IMG/VR virus record: IMGVR_UViG_3300043446_005562
Location: 188,619 to 252,618 of that record
DNA length: 64,000 nucleotides
Direction: 5' to 3' (one strand)
Part shown: positions 46,203 to 56,096 of the stretch, in pieces
Layout: each line of letters starts with the position of its first letter
How positions within the stretch are numbered: position 1 is the stretch's first letter
The notes under the pieces: model-generated
Told to the model about the DNA's origin: nothing
The model's database searches: none
The model's input: the letters and a program-made list of their open reading frames with translations, nothing else
Program-made: the position numbers and the translations under genes

Positions 46203-46855
46203 ACTTCTATTTGAATAGGATTTTGATAGTAAAGTTCATATCTTAAATCAACGACTGACGCATTCACAAAAGTTGTGCCGCCCTCTTCATGAACTCCTCT
46301 GGCCTCATGAATGTGGCCAAACACATGCACCTTGGGCTTGATCCGCTTGACCTTTTCAAGTAGATACGGACAGCCGACGTGCAATTGAGTGTGTTGAGTA
46401 AGATCAAGAATTCCATTCGGCGGACCGTGCGTAATGAGAACATCAATTCCATCCGGAATCATGTCCCAGTGCTTGCGAATCTCTGGTCCAGTTCGATTGA
46501 ACGCCCAATTGTGGAACCACGGAGTTATTGGACTACCCCAAAATTTAATACCTTCAATCGTTACGCCGCTATCGTTTAGATAGGTGATGCCCGGATATTT
46601 GGCAAGCAGCTTGGCCGCTTCTTCGGGATCAGCCTCAAATAGGAAATCATGGTTGCCTGCAATTAGGATCTTGTGCGCGTAGGGTAGCTCGCTAAACCAG
46701 TCTAAAAACTGTTCAACCTCAAAGTAGGTACCTCGGCCTGAAACATCACCAGCGTGCACCAAGATAGGACCGCCTTCCAACATTGACGTCATGTCATCGC
46801 GCTCAACATCGTTTTTAACAAGCCAATGAGTATCGCTAATAAACGTGATTTTCAT
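46199..46855 (-). CDS. Metallophosphoesterase (MPPED-like)
   Basis: SDTH, HAGD, AGNHD, THGPP, FGHIHE. Confidence 0.85.
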   Translation of the reverse strand: MKITFISDTHWLVKNDVERDDMTSMLEGGPILVHAGDVSGRGTYFEVEQFLDWFSELPYAHKILIAGNHDFLFEADPEEAAKLLAKYPGITYLNDSGVTIEGIKFWGSPITPWFHNWAFNRTGPEIRKHWDMIPDGIDVLITHGPPNGILDLTQHTQLHVGCPYLLEKVKRIKPKVHVFGHIHEARGVHEEGGTTFVNASVVDLRYELYYQNPIQIEV

Positions 46856-46861
46856 GATTCT

Positions 46862-47134
46862 CTATTTTAATTCAGTTATTAATTCAATGATATCTGATTT
46901 TTGTCTGATGCCGGTAACAGTCTTTACTATTTTACCTTCTTTTTCAAAAACCATTTGCGGAATTGATTTTACGTTGTACTGCCTACAGAGCTCAGCCGAT
47001 TCATCAGCATTCACCTTCACAATCTCAACTCCGCTTTCTGGTTTATTATACTCAACAATTAAACTTTCGATCGTGGGTGCCATTGCTTTGCAGGGTCCGC
47101 ACCATGGAGCCCAAAAATCAATTACTTTTAACAT
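46862..47134 (-). CDS. trxA: Thioredoxin
   Basis: DFWAPWCGPCK; SIP. Confidence 0.9.
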   Translation of the reverse strand: MLKVIDFWAPWCGPCKAMAPTIESLIVEYNKPESGVEIVKVNADESAELCRQYNVKSIPQMVFEKEGKIVKTVTGIRQKSDIIELITELK

Positions 47135-47145
47135 TTGCCTTTTTA

Positions 47146-47382
47146 TTATTTTATGATTGTATCCGGTTTTTTAGGCTCTCTAATCTGAAATTGCTCGTTG
47201 ACATGGCCGCATGCCGTGCAAATGAAAGTTGGCACGGGCACAATCATGTCCTCGGCTGATCCAGTTAAAAGCCTTGAAATTTTCCTTAGGTAACTTGCCT
47301 CCTTGAAGGTTGAGTTTTCGCATTTTTCACAGACGATTGCGGTTGAATTTTCTAGACCGACCCTCACTTGTTGATTCTCCAT
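47146..47382 (-). CDS. Zinc-ribbon protein
   Basis: CEKC...CTACGHVN. Confidence 0.6.
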   Translation of the reverse strand: MENQQVRVGLENSTAIVCEKCENSTFKEASYLRKISRLLTGSAEDMIVPVPTFICTACGHVNEQFQIREPKKPDTIIK

Positions 47383-47442
47383 ATATGAATTTTGATTTGT
47401 ATATTATTTTACTTCAATGCGGAATTTGGTTTACTGCTAAAT

Positions 47443-47468
47443 AAAAAAAGGGAGCTTACAGGCTCCCT
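47443..47468 (-). terminator. Intrinsic terminator
   Basis: AGGGAGC-ctgtaa-GCTCCCT then T run, after the lipoprotein gene. Confidence 0.75.
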
Positions 47469-47491
47469 CAGCGTCAGTCTCAGTAATTTAA

Positions 47492-47680
47492 TTACTTTAC
47501 TGTTGGAGTGCAGCATGCAGCAGTATCAGCTTTTGTTGCAGCTGAGTCTACTACGGTCGAGTCAACTTTAACTAGAGTTGAGTCGGTCGCATTGGCTGTT
47601 GCTTCGGTGGTTCCTGTGGTGCAGCTAACTGCGAACATTGTCGCGATAGCGATAGCAAAGATTGCTTTTTTCATAGTCAT
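47492..47680 (-). CDS. Small Bacteroidota-style lipoprotein
   Basis: MKKAIFAIAIATMFAVSC lipobox; DST/DSA repeats. Confidence 0.7.
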   Translation of the reverse strand: MTMKKAIFAIAIATMFAVSCTTGTTEATANATDSTLVKVDSTVVDSAATKADTAACCTPTVK

Positions 47681-47716
47681 TTGTTTTTTTGTAAAACTAT
47701 TATACCATACCTGGTG

Positions 47717-48121
47717 CTAAAGTTTCCCATTCTTTTTATTTAACTCCCTAATTTGCTGAAGCACCCAGCGCTGAGCCTCGTCCGCATGTTTGGTGGACTT
47801 GTTATTGGCTGTAATTTCATACGGATGATTATCGTAGTTACGGCCATACCTTTCAAAATAGTCATCGTACTTTTCAAAGATCGGCTGCCTGAAATGAGTG
47901 TACTCATGGATCACGGTCGTGACCCAATCCTTAAGCGTCTTGTGCCGCTTTGGATTAAGTAGAATTAGATTGTCTAATTCGTCGTAACTACCCAAGTAGT
48001 CAACTCGAGAATCCAACTTTATGCGTAGAGTTTCAAGATCCGCGAATCTGCTTGGGCCGTACTTTTCAATGCACCAGTCCAGGGCAAGAAGAGCACTTTT
48101 TCTGGAGATAAGCTTAACCAT
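47717..48121 (-). CDS. HExxH zinc metallopeptidase-like protein
   Basis: TVIHEYTHFRQ...HPYEITA. Confidence 0.7.
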   Translation of the reverse strand: MVKLISRKSALLALDWCIEKYGPSRFADLETLRIKLDSRVDYLGSYDELDNLILLNPKRHKTLKDWVTTVIHEYTHFRQPIFEKYDDYFERYGRNYDNHPYEITANNKSTKHADEAQRWVLQQIRELNKKNGKL

Positions 48122-48180
48122 TCGGTACTCTCAATGATTTCTTTATTATTTATTTGGCCCGCTTAGTTGAGACCTCGCTT

Positions 48181-48188
48181 TATAAATA
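48181..48188 (+). promoter_or_regulatory. T4-type late promoter TATAAATA
   Basis: Exact consensus heading the 48209-58241 plus-strand cluster. Confidence 0.7.
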
Positions 48189-48208
48189 AACAAAAAACTT
48201 TTTAGTCG

Positions 48209-49039
48209 ATGGCACTTCTAAAAAACGGATCCTCTGGCCCAGAGGTTTCTAAGCTCCAGTCATTCCTGGGCATCCCAGCGGACGGCCAATTTGGTCCAGG
48301 TACCGAAGCAAAGGTAAAGGAATGGCAGGCTGCACACGGGTTAAAGGCGGACGGTATTGTTGGAGAGGACACTCTTGCAAAAATGCTTGGAACACCGGCC
48401 CCAGCGGCACAATCTCAAACGACGATTCCAGCGTCAAGTTTCAAACTGGAAAAATTAAAAGGGCATGTGCCCGATGCAGTCCTGGCTCAGATTCCTGACA
48501 CGGCTGCAAAATTCGGAATTACTAATGTTTTAAGATTAGCTCATTTCTTGGCTCAATGCGGTCACGAATCCGGCGGATTTAAGGCGGTTAGTGAGAACCT
48601 AAATTACTCAGCGGACGGTCTAAAAAAGATCTTTCCAAAGTACTTTCCCGGCAATCTAAACGAGTCCTATGCCAGACAACCTGAAAAAATCGCTAACCGC
48701 GTCTATTCTTCAAGAATGGGTAACGGCGACGAGACCTCAGGCGATGGCTTTAAGTTTAGGGGCCGCGGCTACATTCAATTGACTGGAAAGTCTAACTATT
48801 CAGCATTTGATAAGTTCGTGGACGACGATATCATCGGTAATCCAGATCTAGTATCCACAAAGTATCCATTGGCATCAGCTGCTTTCTTTTTTAACAATAA
48901 CGGTCTATGGACGGTTTGCGATAAAGGAGCTGACGATGCAACGGTTACTGCAGTTACCAAACGAGTTAACGGTGGAACCATTGGATTAGAGGATCGTCTA
49001 AAGCACTTTAAGGAGTATTATTCTCTACTAACTACTTAA
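48209..49039 (+). CDS. Endolysin: peptidoglycan-binding domain plus glycoside hydrolase family 19
   Basis: DGQFGPGT...DGIVG; FLAQCGHESGG, ENLNYS, FRGRGYIQLTG, VNGGTIG. Confidence 0.9.
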   Translation: MALLKNGSSGPEVSKLQSFLGIPADGQFGPGTEAKVKEWQAAHGLKADGIVGEDTLAKMLGTPAPAAQSQTTIPASSFKLEKLKGHVPDAVLAQIPDTAAKFGITNVLRLAHFLAQCGHESGGFKAVSENLNYSADGLKKIFPKYFPGNLNESYARQPEKIANRVYSSRMGNGDETSGDGFKFRGRGYIQLTGKSNYSAFDKFVDDDIIGNPDLVSTKYPLASAAFFFNNNGLWTVCDKGADDATVTAVTKRVNGGTIGLEDRLKHFKEYYSLLTT

Positions 49040-49053
49040 AATAATTTTAAAAA

Positions 49054-50982
49054 ATGAAGAATTTCTTTGTCGGATTAATAATTGTACTTGCCTCTCTGGT
49101 TGGGTCCAACCCAGCCTTTGCTCAATCCGGTCCACCCGCTCCAGGCTGGGGGATCTATGCTCTAATCGACACCACCTATCAAGTTGGAACCTATTCGCAG
49201 GGTGTATCCCATGCAAAGATCACTCTTAAGAACAGCGTTACCACAAAATACACAGGTGTTCAGTTTAGACTCTTTTACGATAAAAACGCGTTTGCCTCTG
49301 CCTCAGTTGCACTAATTGGTTCAGCAACGAACCTTGACCTGCAAGCGGTTGACAATAACGCAAACGGTTATGTTACCATTTCTTTGGTTTACACGGGTAA
49401 CAGCGCAACCTACACAATACCGGACGGCGAAAGATTTGACGTGACGTTCACTCACGTTGCGCCCAATGCCTTTTTTGGCTTAGCTTCAATCTCTAACCTA
49501 ACCTGGTCCGGTGCACAATCATACAGCCAATACGCATCATCTCAACCTGGTCTAGATACCGTGCTTACTCTACACAGCTACAACGGGCAATGGTTAAGGG
49601 ATACCCTAAAATTCCACGGCACATTCACCAACGTTACCGGCTCACCCGCTAAAAACCTAACACTTTCTCTTGAAAAGAAGGTAAAGGTTGGAGGTACCTG
49701 GTCCCAGCACGCTGCCTATACTACGAATCTACAGGGTAAATTTTCAATCGCTGAATTGATTGACACAACCTATTACGATGTTCGCTTGGCAATCAAGGGC
49801 GATACGATGGGAGTTGGTAATGTAATCTCAACCGCTGATGCTCAACTAATTAATCAGTGGATTCTAGGCAACGGTACTCCACAGGCCTGGGATTTTTATA
49901 CTGGAGATATTAACGGCTCAAACGGTTTGACCATCACCGATGCCTATGGAGTTTTTGGTAGAATCTCTGGCCGATTCAACTCTTGGCCCAATGGCGTAAA
50001 GGATCTTAAGTTCTTTACTCAAGCCGAGTACGCTGCAATCACAGGCTCGCCAAATACAAACTACACCGCAACCTATACCGGCACAACCAACTTCTACTAC
50101 AATATTTTACCAGGTCAGCCAGATTCGGTTAATTATTATGTGTTGGTACCGGGCGATGCAAACGGTACAGGCTATCACATGGCTCGTTTGACACCTATCA
50201 CGATCCTGCCAACGCCCAATCCCAATTATCCATCTCAATTGGAAAACATAATTGACATGACCGCTGAATACGACTTTCCAACCGATCATGTTGAGATCAA
50301 CATGCCTTCAATTAAGGTTACAGCCGGCAATCTGGTTGAAATTCCAGTAACCGTTAAAACCTTTGGTAAGCAGATCTCATCTCTACAATTGGGAATGTTA
50401 TACGATTCAAGCGCTCTTGACTTTAAAGAATTAAGCAATTCGGACAAATCAATGCTGTGGCTCTCTTCAATCAATCCAATGGACGGTATGGTTGAATGGT
50501 CGGGTTACGATCCATCTGCAAACAAGGACTACATGATTCCGGACGGCTACAATATCTTTACTCTTAAATTCATAGCTAAACAGCCACAATCAAACTGGTC
50601 TCAATCACCACTATGGACAACTCGTAAATTTACGGGCGATGCTAATTCCAAGGACATGAGCGTGACACCAACTAATGGAATCTTGATTGTTGCAAAGATG
50701 GCCGCTCCAATCGGTCCAAACGAGGCCGAGGAGTCAATGATCGTCTATCCTAATCCAACGACCGGCGATTTCAGCGTTAACTTCACAGTTAAGAACAGCG
50801 GTCACGTTACCCTCTACATTCTAAATAACCGCGGTATAGTTGAACACCTAATCTTAGACAAGGACATGCCAGAAGGAAACTACGTTTACTCTTCAAACAT
50901 TTCTAATCTAGCTTCAGGTCTTTACATTGCAACTCTACAGCAAAAAGGAGAGGTGAAGACCTCAAAAATTATTAAAGAATAA
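49054..50982 (+). CDS. T9SS-secreted protein with cohesin-like and dockerin-like domains
   Basis: Signal peptide; cohesin-like GVQFRLFYD and VEIPVTV..SSLQLGMLYD; dockerin-like GDINGSNGLTITDA; CTD VYPNPT...LASGLYI...KIIKE. Confidence 0.8.
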   Translation: MKNFFVGLIIVLASLVGSNPAFAQSGPPAPGWGIYALIDTTYQVGTYSQGVSHAKITLKNSVTTKYTGVQFRLFYDKNAFASASVALIGSATNLDLQAVDNNANGYVTISLVYTGNSATYTIPDGERFDVTFTHVAPNAFFGLASISNLTWSGAQSYSQYASSQPGLDTVLTLHSYNGQWLRDTLKFHGTFTNVTGSPAKNLTLSLEKKVKVGGTWSQHAAYTTNLQGKFSIAELIDTTYYDVRLAIKGDTMGVGNVISTADAQLINQWILGNGTPQAWDFYTGDINGSNGLTITDAYGVFGRISGRFNSWPNGVKDLKFFTQAEYAAITGSPNTNYTATYTGTTNFYYNILPGQPDSVNYYVLVPGDANGTGYHMARLTPITILPTPNPNYPSQLENIIDMTAEYDFPTDHVEINMPSIKVTAGNLVEIPVTVKTFGKQISSLQLGMLYDSSALDFKELSNSDKSMLWLSSINPMDGMVEWSGYDPSANKDYMIPDGYNIFTLKFIAKQPQSNWSQSPLWTTRKFTGDANSKDMSVTPTNGILIVAKMAAPIGPNEAEESMIVYPNPTTGDFSVNFTVKNSGHVTLYILNNRGIVEHLILDKDMPEGNYVYSSNISNLASGLYIATLQQKGEVKTSKIIKE

Positions 50983-50998
50983 AAAAACCAATAAAACC

Positions 50999-51328
50999 AT
51001 GTCAGAAGAAACAAACGTACAGGATCAAAATGACGGCACCTGGTCAGGTCTCAAGAAAACCTTGATCGCCACTTTAACTACCGTAATTACGGGAGGCGGT
51101 GTCTGGTTGGGAACCTTCCTTTATGGGGGGCATGAAGAACCCAAGGCCGAGCCAAAAACTGAACAGGCAGCACCAGCTCCTGCACCAGTTATTGTTAATG
51201 TTCAGCAAACTCAAGAGAACACTCAACAACAAAAAGCGGGTGGAACAACAACAATCATCAAGGAAAAGATTGTTGAGAAGCCAGCAAAGAAAGAAAAAAA
51301 GAGCGAGACTGAAGACTCTCCTTGGTAA
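50999..51328 (+). CDS. Single-TM protein with low-complexity tail
   Basis: LIATLTTVITGGGVWL; PAPVIVNV. Confidence 0.6.
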   Translation: MSEETNVQDQNDGTWSGLKKTLIATLTTVITGGGVWLGTFLYGGHEEPKAEPKTEQAAPAPAPVIVNVQQTQENTQQQKAGGTTTIIKEKIVEKPAKKEKKSETEDSPW

Positions 51329-51344
51329 AAATACGTAATTTAAA

Positions 51345-51701
51345 ATGTCACTGAAAAAACTCTTAATTGGCGAAAACGCCTACGTTAAGGTGGAAGACAA
51401 GAATCGCTTCTACTATATGTTACAACAAATGCAGGCCAATCGTTGGAAGATTACAGCGATCGTGTTGGGCCTGTTCTTCTTTATTATTTTAGGTATCAAT
51501 TCAGCCGTTTTCTTTGGAGTTACAATCCAAGAATCATGGAAGGAAATGTTACTAATTTTATTGGGAGCGTTTGTTGGTAATCTAAACAAGGTTGTTGATT
51601 ACTGGTTTAATTCAGAAGATCGCGACAAGATGCTGATTCAAAAGGTAGATGAAGAGGACGGAACTTCGCTATCAAACGTAACAACAAATAGCCCAGAATA
51701 A
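51345..51701 (+). CDS. Two-TM membrane protein (holin-like candidate)
   Basis: Two hydrophobic helices; LLGAFVG...VVDYWF. Confidence 0.55.
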   Translation: MSLKKLLIGENAYVKVEDKNRFYYMLQQMQANRWKITAIVLGLFFFIILGINSAVFFGVTIQESWKEMLLILLGAFVGNLNKVVDYWFNSEDRDKMLIQKVDEEDGTSLSNVTTNSPE

Positions 51702-51702
51702 C

Positions 51703-52422
51703 ATGAAAAAGCTAGCAATACTCTTTGCGCTTTTCCTAAATTCAGCCATGTGTGTTGCTCAGATTGGTTCAATCAAGTCTGAGCAATACCAAGCTGACTT
51801 TGAAAAGAAAATGTCGCTTGACTCTGTGCCCGAATACAAGGACACAATCAAGATTCCCGTGCAGATTCTAAAAATTGGAATCAGCTCGGATCTTTACGAA
51901 ATGTATCCAGAATTAAAGGACAAGCGTGTTGGACTTGGTGTTACCAATATTGTGTTGGAATACCTAGAGTACACCAACCGATTCGTCTTTACTGAGGATA
52001 AGTTGGAGATTAAGGAGCGCATGATTAATCAGTTCAAAGCATCGGACAAGGGATTCACCGAGAACAAAATGGACGGTCGTGGTAAGATCAAACTTGCAAA
52101 ATACTTTGTCTATATTGAAGTTTACGATTTTTCGGTGTCAGACGATGAGGTTGTGAAGGTGAACGGCCAATCGCAAACAACCCAAATTACGAGACTTGGC
52201 TTACAGGTTAAATTCGTTGATGCTGAGACCGGCGAAATCATAATGGGCTCAGGACTGGGCGAGGCCAAGACAGTAAAAACGGTTTCAATCTTGGAAGGTA
52301 TTGACGATACTGAAATTAAATTTAATCAATCCCATATTGGTATAACCACCAAAAAAGCTTTGGAAACCGCTGCTGCTCGAATAGTTAATCGCATGATAAA
52401 AAAGGGAATTTTTAAATCTTAA
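51703..52422 (+). CDS. CsgG/HfaB-family protein
   Basis: Signal peptide; GVTNIVLEYL..TNRF..TE; LGLQVKFVDAETGEII.GSGLG; TKKALETA. Confidence 0.7.
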   Translation: MKKLAILFALFLNSAMCVAQIGSIKSEQYQADFEKKMSLDSVPEYKDTIKIPVQILKIGISSDLYEMYPELKDKRVGLGVTNIVLEYLEYTNRFVFTEDKLEIKERMINQFKASDKGFTENKMDGRGKIKLAKYFVYIEVYDFSVSDDEVVKVNGQSQTTQITRLGLQVKFVDAETGEIIMGSGLGEAKTVKTVSILEGIDDTEIKFNQSHIGITTKKALETAAARIVNRMIKKGIFKS

Positions 52423-54005
52423 TGCATGTCAAGAAAATCATATTCATACTATTTTTAATTATCTCAAATGTTGCAATCGGTCAAATCAATTATTCATACA
52501 TTGACCCTTGTACTGGGATAAAGAAAACAATTCAGGTGCCGTCTAACGGCGTGACCGTTACCTATTACGGTCAAATACACACATTTCAACCGACCGATTT
52601 TTACAGCGGAGTTTTTGAGAATTGGGCAAATGGCGTTTACGCATCATTCGGCTCCAATAATCCATGCGCAAGCATTGTCGGCATGCCAACCGGTCTAACC
52701 GTTGCTCAGAGCAGCGCGTTGAATTTTCTAGGAATAATTAATTCGCTCGATGCGGTCAAGGATTTAGCGGGAGGAGGAACGAATTTTCTTTCTGGTACAA
52801 TTGAGAGTACTAAAAAATCTGAAAAAAAGGAAAAGAAAGATGATAATACTAACTCTACTTCTGTTAATGCTGGTGCCGCTAGCGGTCAAACTGGTAATTC
52901 GGCAACATCGCCGCAATCTGGGAATAAAGGCGAAGCTCAATCGGCTGGTGGATCTCAAGGCCAATCTGGAGGCGAGGCTCAATCAAGCGGTGGGAGCCAA
53001 CCGGCTAGCCAAAAGCCTGATCAAACGGGCGGATCTGGATCGGGCCAAGCTGGCGGAGGAAGCGGATCAAACGGCAGCGGCTCACCACAAAATCCAGGAT
53101 CGGAAACCTCAGGTGGATCAGCCCAGGGATCAACAACCGGATCAGGTGGACAAACAACTGGCTCGAGTTCAAATAATAGTTCAACTTCTCAAAATGGGTC
53201 TTCCTCTGGAGGAGGCTCACAGGGAGGCGGACAAAATGATGCAACAAAAAAAGTAACCACAACACCCGCTGGGGAATCCAAAACGGATCAGCCATCTGGC
53301 TCGGGTAAAACCGATCTGGTTGGATCGTCAGTTAATAATGTGCAGCGAGTTGATGCAAAAAACGGCAATCGACCCAATATCATAGCCTCAAGCGATTTTG
53401 TTGGATTTAATTTTAAAAATTCAGATGTCTCATACGGCGGTAAATTTACCGGAGGCTATACCTCAGCCAGATGGGACGGCGCTCGAGCTCATGGACTACT
53501 CATTGACTACACGACCGCACTAAAGGGTCCAAACATTAGCGGCTTCTATGCATTCATTAAGCCCAAAAGAATTGACCTTATCTCAACCACGCTAACTCTT
53601 GGTCTTGACATAAAAAAATCAATTTACGGAACGATTGCGCTGGGTCAAATGTGGGATATCAACAAGAAGAAAAACGTTAAAGCTGTTTATCTTTTAACTG
53701 GCTCTTACGGTAGTGTCTATGATCAAGCATTCATTGGTACGGCAGCAATTGCGGGCGGCATGTGGGATCTTAAACTCGGTAAAAGAATTGATGCTAAAAT
53801 AATGGGTCTCTATGTTTACGCACCGTATGTTAGCTATTACAACGATATTTTGCTAAAGTCGCCTCACGTTGTTTTACCAATTCTTGGGTGCAATATTAAA
53901 ATCACAAATAAATTCAAGATAAACATTAACGGTGGTGGCGCTTGGGCTCTAAAAGAAAACACCCTAAATTACACAGTAATGATGGGTACCAGATTATTGT
54001 TATGA
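52422..54005 (+). CDS. Secreted protein with Gly/Ser/Gln-rich linker and C-terminal beta-barrel-like domain
   Basis: Signal peptide; about 150-aa low-complexity G/S/Q tract; alternating beta strands. Confidence 0.65.
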   Translation: MHVKKIIFILFLIISNVAIGQINYSYIDPCTGIKKTIQVPSNGVTVTYYGQIHTFQPTDFYSGVFENWANGVYASFGSNNPCASIVGMPTGLTVAQSSALNFLGIINSLDAVKDLAGGGTNFLSGTIESTKKSEKKEKKDDNTNSTSVNAGAASGQTGNSATSPQSGNKGEAQSAGGSQGQSGGEAQSSGGSQPASQKPDQTGGSGSGQAGGGSGSNGSGSPQNPGSETSGGSAQGSTTGSGGQTTGSSSNNSSTSQNGSSSGGGSQGGGQNDATKKVTTTPAGESKTDQPSGSGKTDLVGSSVNNVQRVDAKNGNRPNIIASSDFVGFNFKNSDVSYGGKFTGGYTSARWDGARAHGLLIDYTTALKGPNISGFYAFIKPKRIDLISTTLTLGLDIKKSIYGTIALGQMWDINKKKNVKAVYLLTGSYGSVYDQAFIGTAAIAGGMWDLKLGKRIDAKIMGLYVYAPYVSYYNDILLKSPHVVLPILGCNIKITNKFKININGGGAWALKENTLNYTVMMGTRLLL

Positions 54006-55186
54006 GAAAACTTATATTACTGCTAGTTACGGCGATTGCGCTTTCAATTACACTCACGGCTCAGCCTTTTACCTATTCAGGTTACGTTTACGGCGCAAAC
54101 GGCCAGGGTCTTCAAAACATTCCGGTCAAACTGTTTGGCAAACGAACTGACCCATACGAGATTAGCTTTCCAACCTACAGCCCAGCTGGTGCATTTAATT
54201 CCGGCACGGTGATTCCATCTTCCGACGACGCGACTCATGGACCCTTTAATATAGGCTTCACCTTTAGCTTCTTTGGTAATAACTACACCCAATTCTATGT
54301 TGGGTCAAACGGCTGGATTGGTTTTTCTTCTGCTCAAACAACAGGTTATACTGCTCAATACATTCCAAATGCAGGTTCGCCAAAGAACGTTATCATGGCG
54401 GACTGGGAAGACCTCTATCCAGGTTCAGCCAATATCTACTACACAACGGTTGGCACTTCGCCCAATCGTAAATTAATAGTTTCATTCAATGCAGTGCCGC
54501 ATTACGGCTGTCGTACTAATCTGCACACATTTCAATTTGTGCTGTACGAATCAAGCAATGTGATTGATGTCTATTATCAGGACAAGCCCCTGTGCTCAGG
54601 CAATAACTCAACCGCAGGCTTGGTCAATATTGATAATACGAATGTCGTACCGGTTGGCGGCAAGAATGCCTCTGCCTGGTCGGCGACCAATTACGCAGTT
54701 CGATACACGCCAGCCGTGCCGGAAACTTCTTTTTCGCTAAAGGGTACCTATTCAACCAGTGCAACCGGTCAATACACAATAAATCCAAATCTGGATGCAC
54801 AGTCTTATCAATTTGAAATTCGACTAGAATCATTATCGGTTGCATTACCTACACCGACTGATGCGCAATATCCAACCGAGATAAGTCTCTATAATATTAC
54901 GCCAACCTCCAAGCTCTATTACACGATGGACGTCAACGGCGATGGCCGATTCACGGTCACGGATTCATACAATATCTATGCTCGCATAAATAACAGACCA
55001 GGTTTTTGGATCTCTCCAATTGCAGACTATCGAATATTCACACCAGCCCAGTGGACCACAATTAATTCAGGCACCACTGACATGAGGGGTACGATTCCCG
55101 GTGTTCAGTCAATGATCATCTTCACTCCAACAAACGGTGGTTCAACCAATTTTTATCTGTTGAGAACTGGCATAAAAACACAATAA
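54002..55186 (+). CDS. Secreted nidogen-like beta domain protein with dockerin-like module
   Basis: Likely start MRKLILLL at 54002 (ATGA overlap); DDATHGPFNIGFTFSFFG..YVGSNG; MDVNGDGRFTVTD; no T9SS CTD. Confidence 0.7.
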   Translation: MRKLILLLVTAIALSITLTAQPFTYSGYVYGANGQGLQNIPVKLFGKRTDPYEISFPTYSPAGAFNSGTVIPSSDDATHGPFNIGFTFSFFGNNYTQFYVGSNGWIGFSSAQTTGYTAQYIPNAGSPKNVIMADWEDLYPGSANIYYTTVGTSPNRKLIVSFNAVPHYGCRTNLHTFQFVLYESSNVIDVYYQDKPLCSGNNSTAGLVNIDNTNVVPVGGKNASAWSATNYAVRYTPAVPETSFSLKGTYSTSATGQYTINPNLDAQSYQFEIRLESLSVALPTPTDAQYPTEISLYNITPTSKLYYTMDVNGDGRFTVTDSYNIYARINNRPGFWISPIADYRIFTPAQWTTINSGTTDMRGTIPGVQSMIIFTPTNGGSTNFYLLRTGIKTQ

Positions 55187-55191
55187 CTAAC

Positions 55192-55653
55192 ATGAAAAAA
55201 CTAATCTTTACCCTATTAATTTTTATCTCAACCCAAGTCACGGCCTTTTCCCAAACTGATCGATGTTTTAGCATTGATACTGTGTACTCAACTGCAAAGT
55301 TTAGAGAATTGGGCAAACGCGATATTAGGTTCGGTGTCAAGCAGATGACCGAGGAATTGATCTCTGAGAAGTTCTGTATTAAGCCAGGGTCGTCAAGTGT
55401 CAAGGTTGAAATATTCTATTTTGGCTTGCCGAGAAAGGAACTTAGGCTGCTTGGAGTTGGACGAGAAGAGGCAATCACGCAGGTCGGAATCAGGCTGCAC
55501 ATTGATGGTAAAGCATACGAGGGCTATGGCGAATCGGAAACTGAGATTAGAACAATAATGTTGGAGGTGGTGGAAGAGTCTGTACCTTTTTCCAAAATGA
55601 CTCTGTCCAATTCCATTAAAAAAGCCCTGGTTCAATGCGTTTCGCAATTATAG
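55192..55653 (+). CDS. Short secreted protein, CsgG-like fold candidate
   Basis: FGVKQMTEEL...GYGESET...FSKMTLSNSIKKAL parallels 51703-52422. Confidence 0.55.
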   Translation: MKKLIFTLLIFISTQVTAFSQTDRCFSIDTVYSTAKFRELGKRDIRFGVKQMTEELISEKFCIKPGSSSVKVEIFYFGLPRKELRLLGVGREEAITQVGIRLHIDGKAYEGYGESETEIRTIMLEVVEESVPFSKMTLSNSIKKALVQCVSQL

Positions 55654-56096
55654 CTCTAATCGTTTGGCTGGCAGCTGGCTCAGCACAGGCTCAAATTCAA
55701 ATACCCGATGTGGGAGACGGCTGGCGACCAAAGGTCGACTCGGCGATTGCTGTGATTAAGGCCCATGATCCAGTCGCTCACAAGCGCCTGCTTGAAAACT
55801 GTAAATCGATTCAATTCATTATCGCGGGAGAGTCAACCACTCAACCGCCCAGCGTAATTGCAATATCGGTAAACGACATGCGATTAAACTCAATCAACAA
55901 CATTGCTGCCATTCTGGTACACGAGTCGTATCATTTGTACATTGCAAATCAGGGCATAAAGCTTGATCCAAACGTTGAGGAGTATCAGGCCTACTCAATA
56001 GAATATGAATTTTTATTTAAAATTCCTGACCTTGAGGATTGGCTATTCGAGAATGCGCTCAACCGCATGCTCTATTATAAATCCAAGATAAAATGA
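55635..56096 (+). CDS. Secreted HExxH metalloprotease-like protein
   Basis: Signal peptide; ILVHESYH...EEYQAY. Confidence 0.65.
   Translation: MRFAIIALIVWLAAGSAQAQIQIPDVGDGWRPKVDSAIAVIKAHDPVAHKRLLENCKSIQFIIAGESTTQPPSVIAISVNDMRLNSINNIAAILVHESYHLYIANQGIKLDPNVEEYQAYSIEYEFLFKIPDLEDWLFENALNRMLYYKSKIK

Noticed and set aside
52830-53300. Curli CsgA-like amyloid subunit in the G/S/Q tract
   Set aside because: No regular Q-x-G-x-x-N repeat spacing; better explained as a disordered linker.
53942-54001. ORF-track start of the 414-aa protein
   Set aside because: The ATG at 54002 gives a clean signal peptide and an ATGA overlap, so the upstream extension is unlikely to be real.
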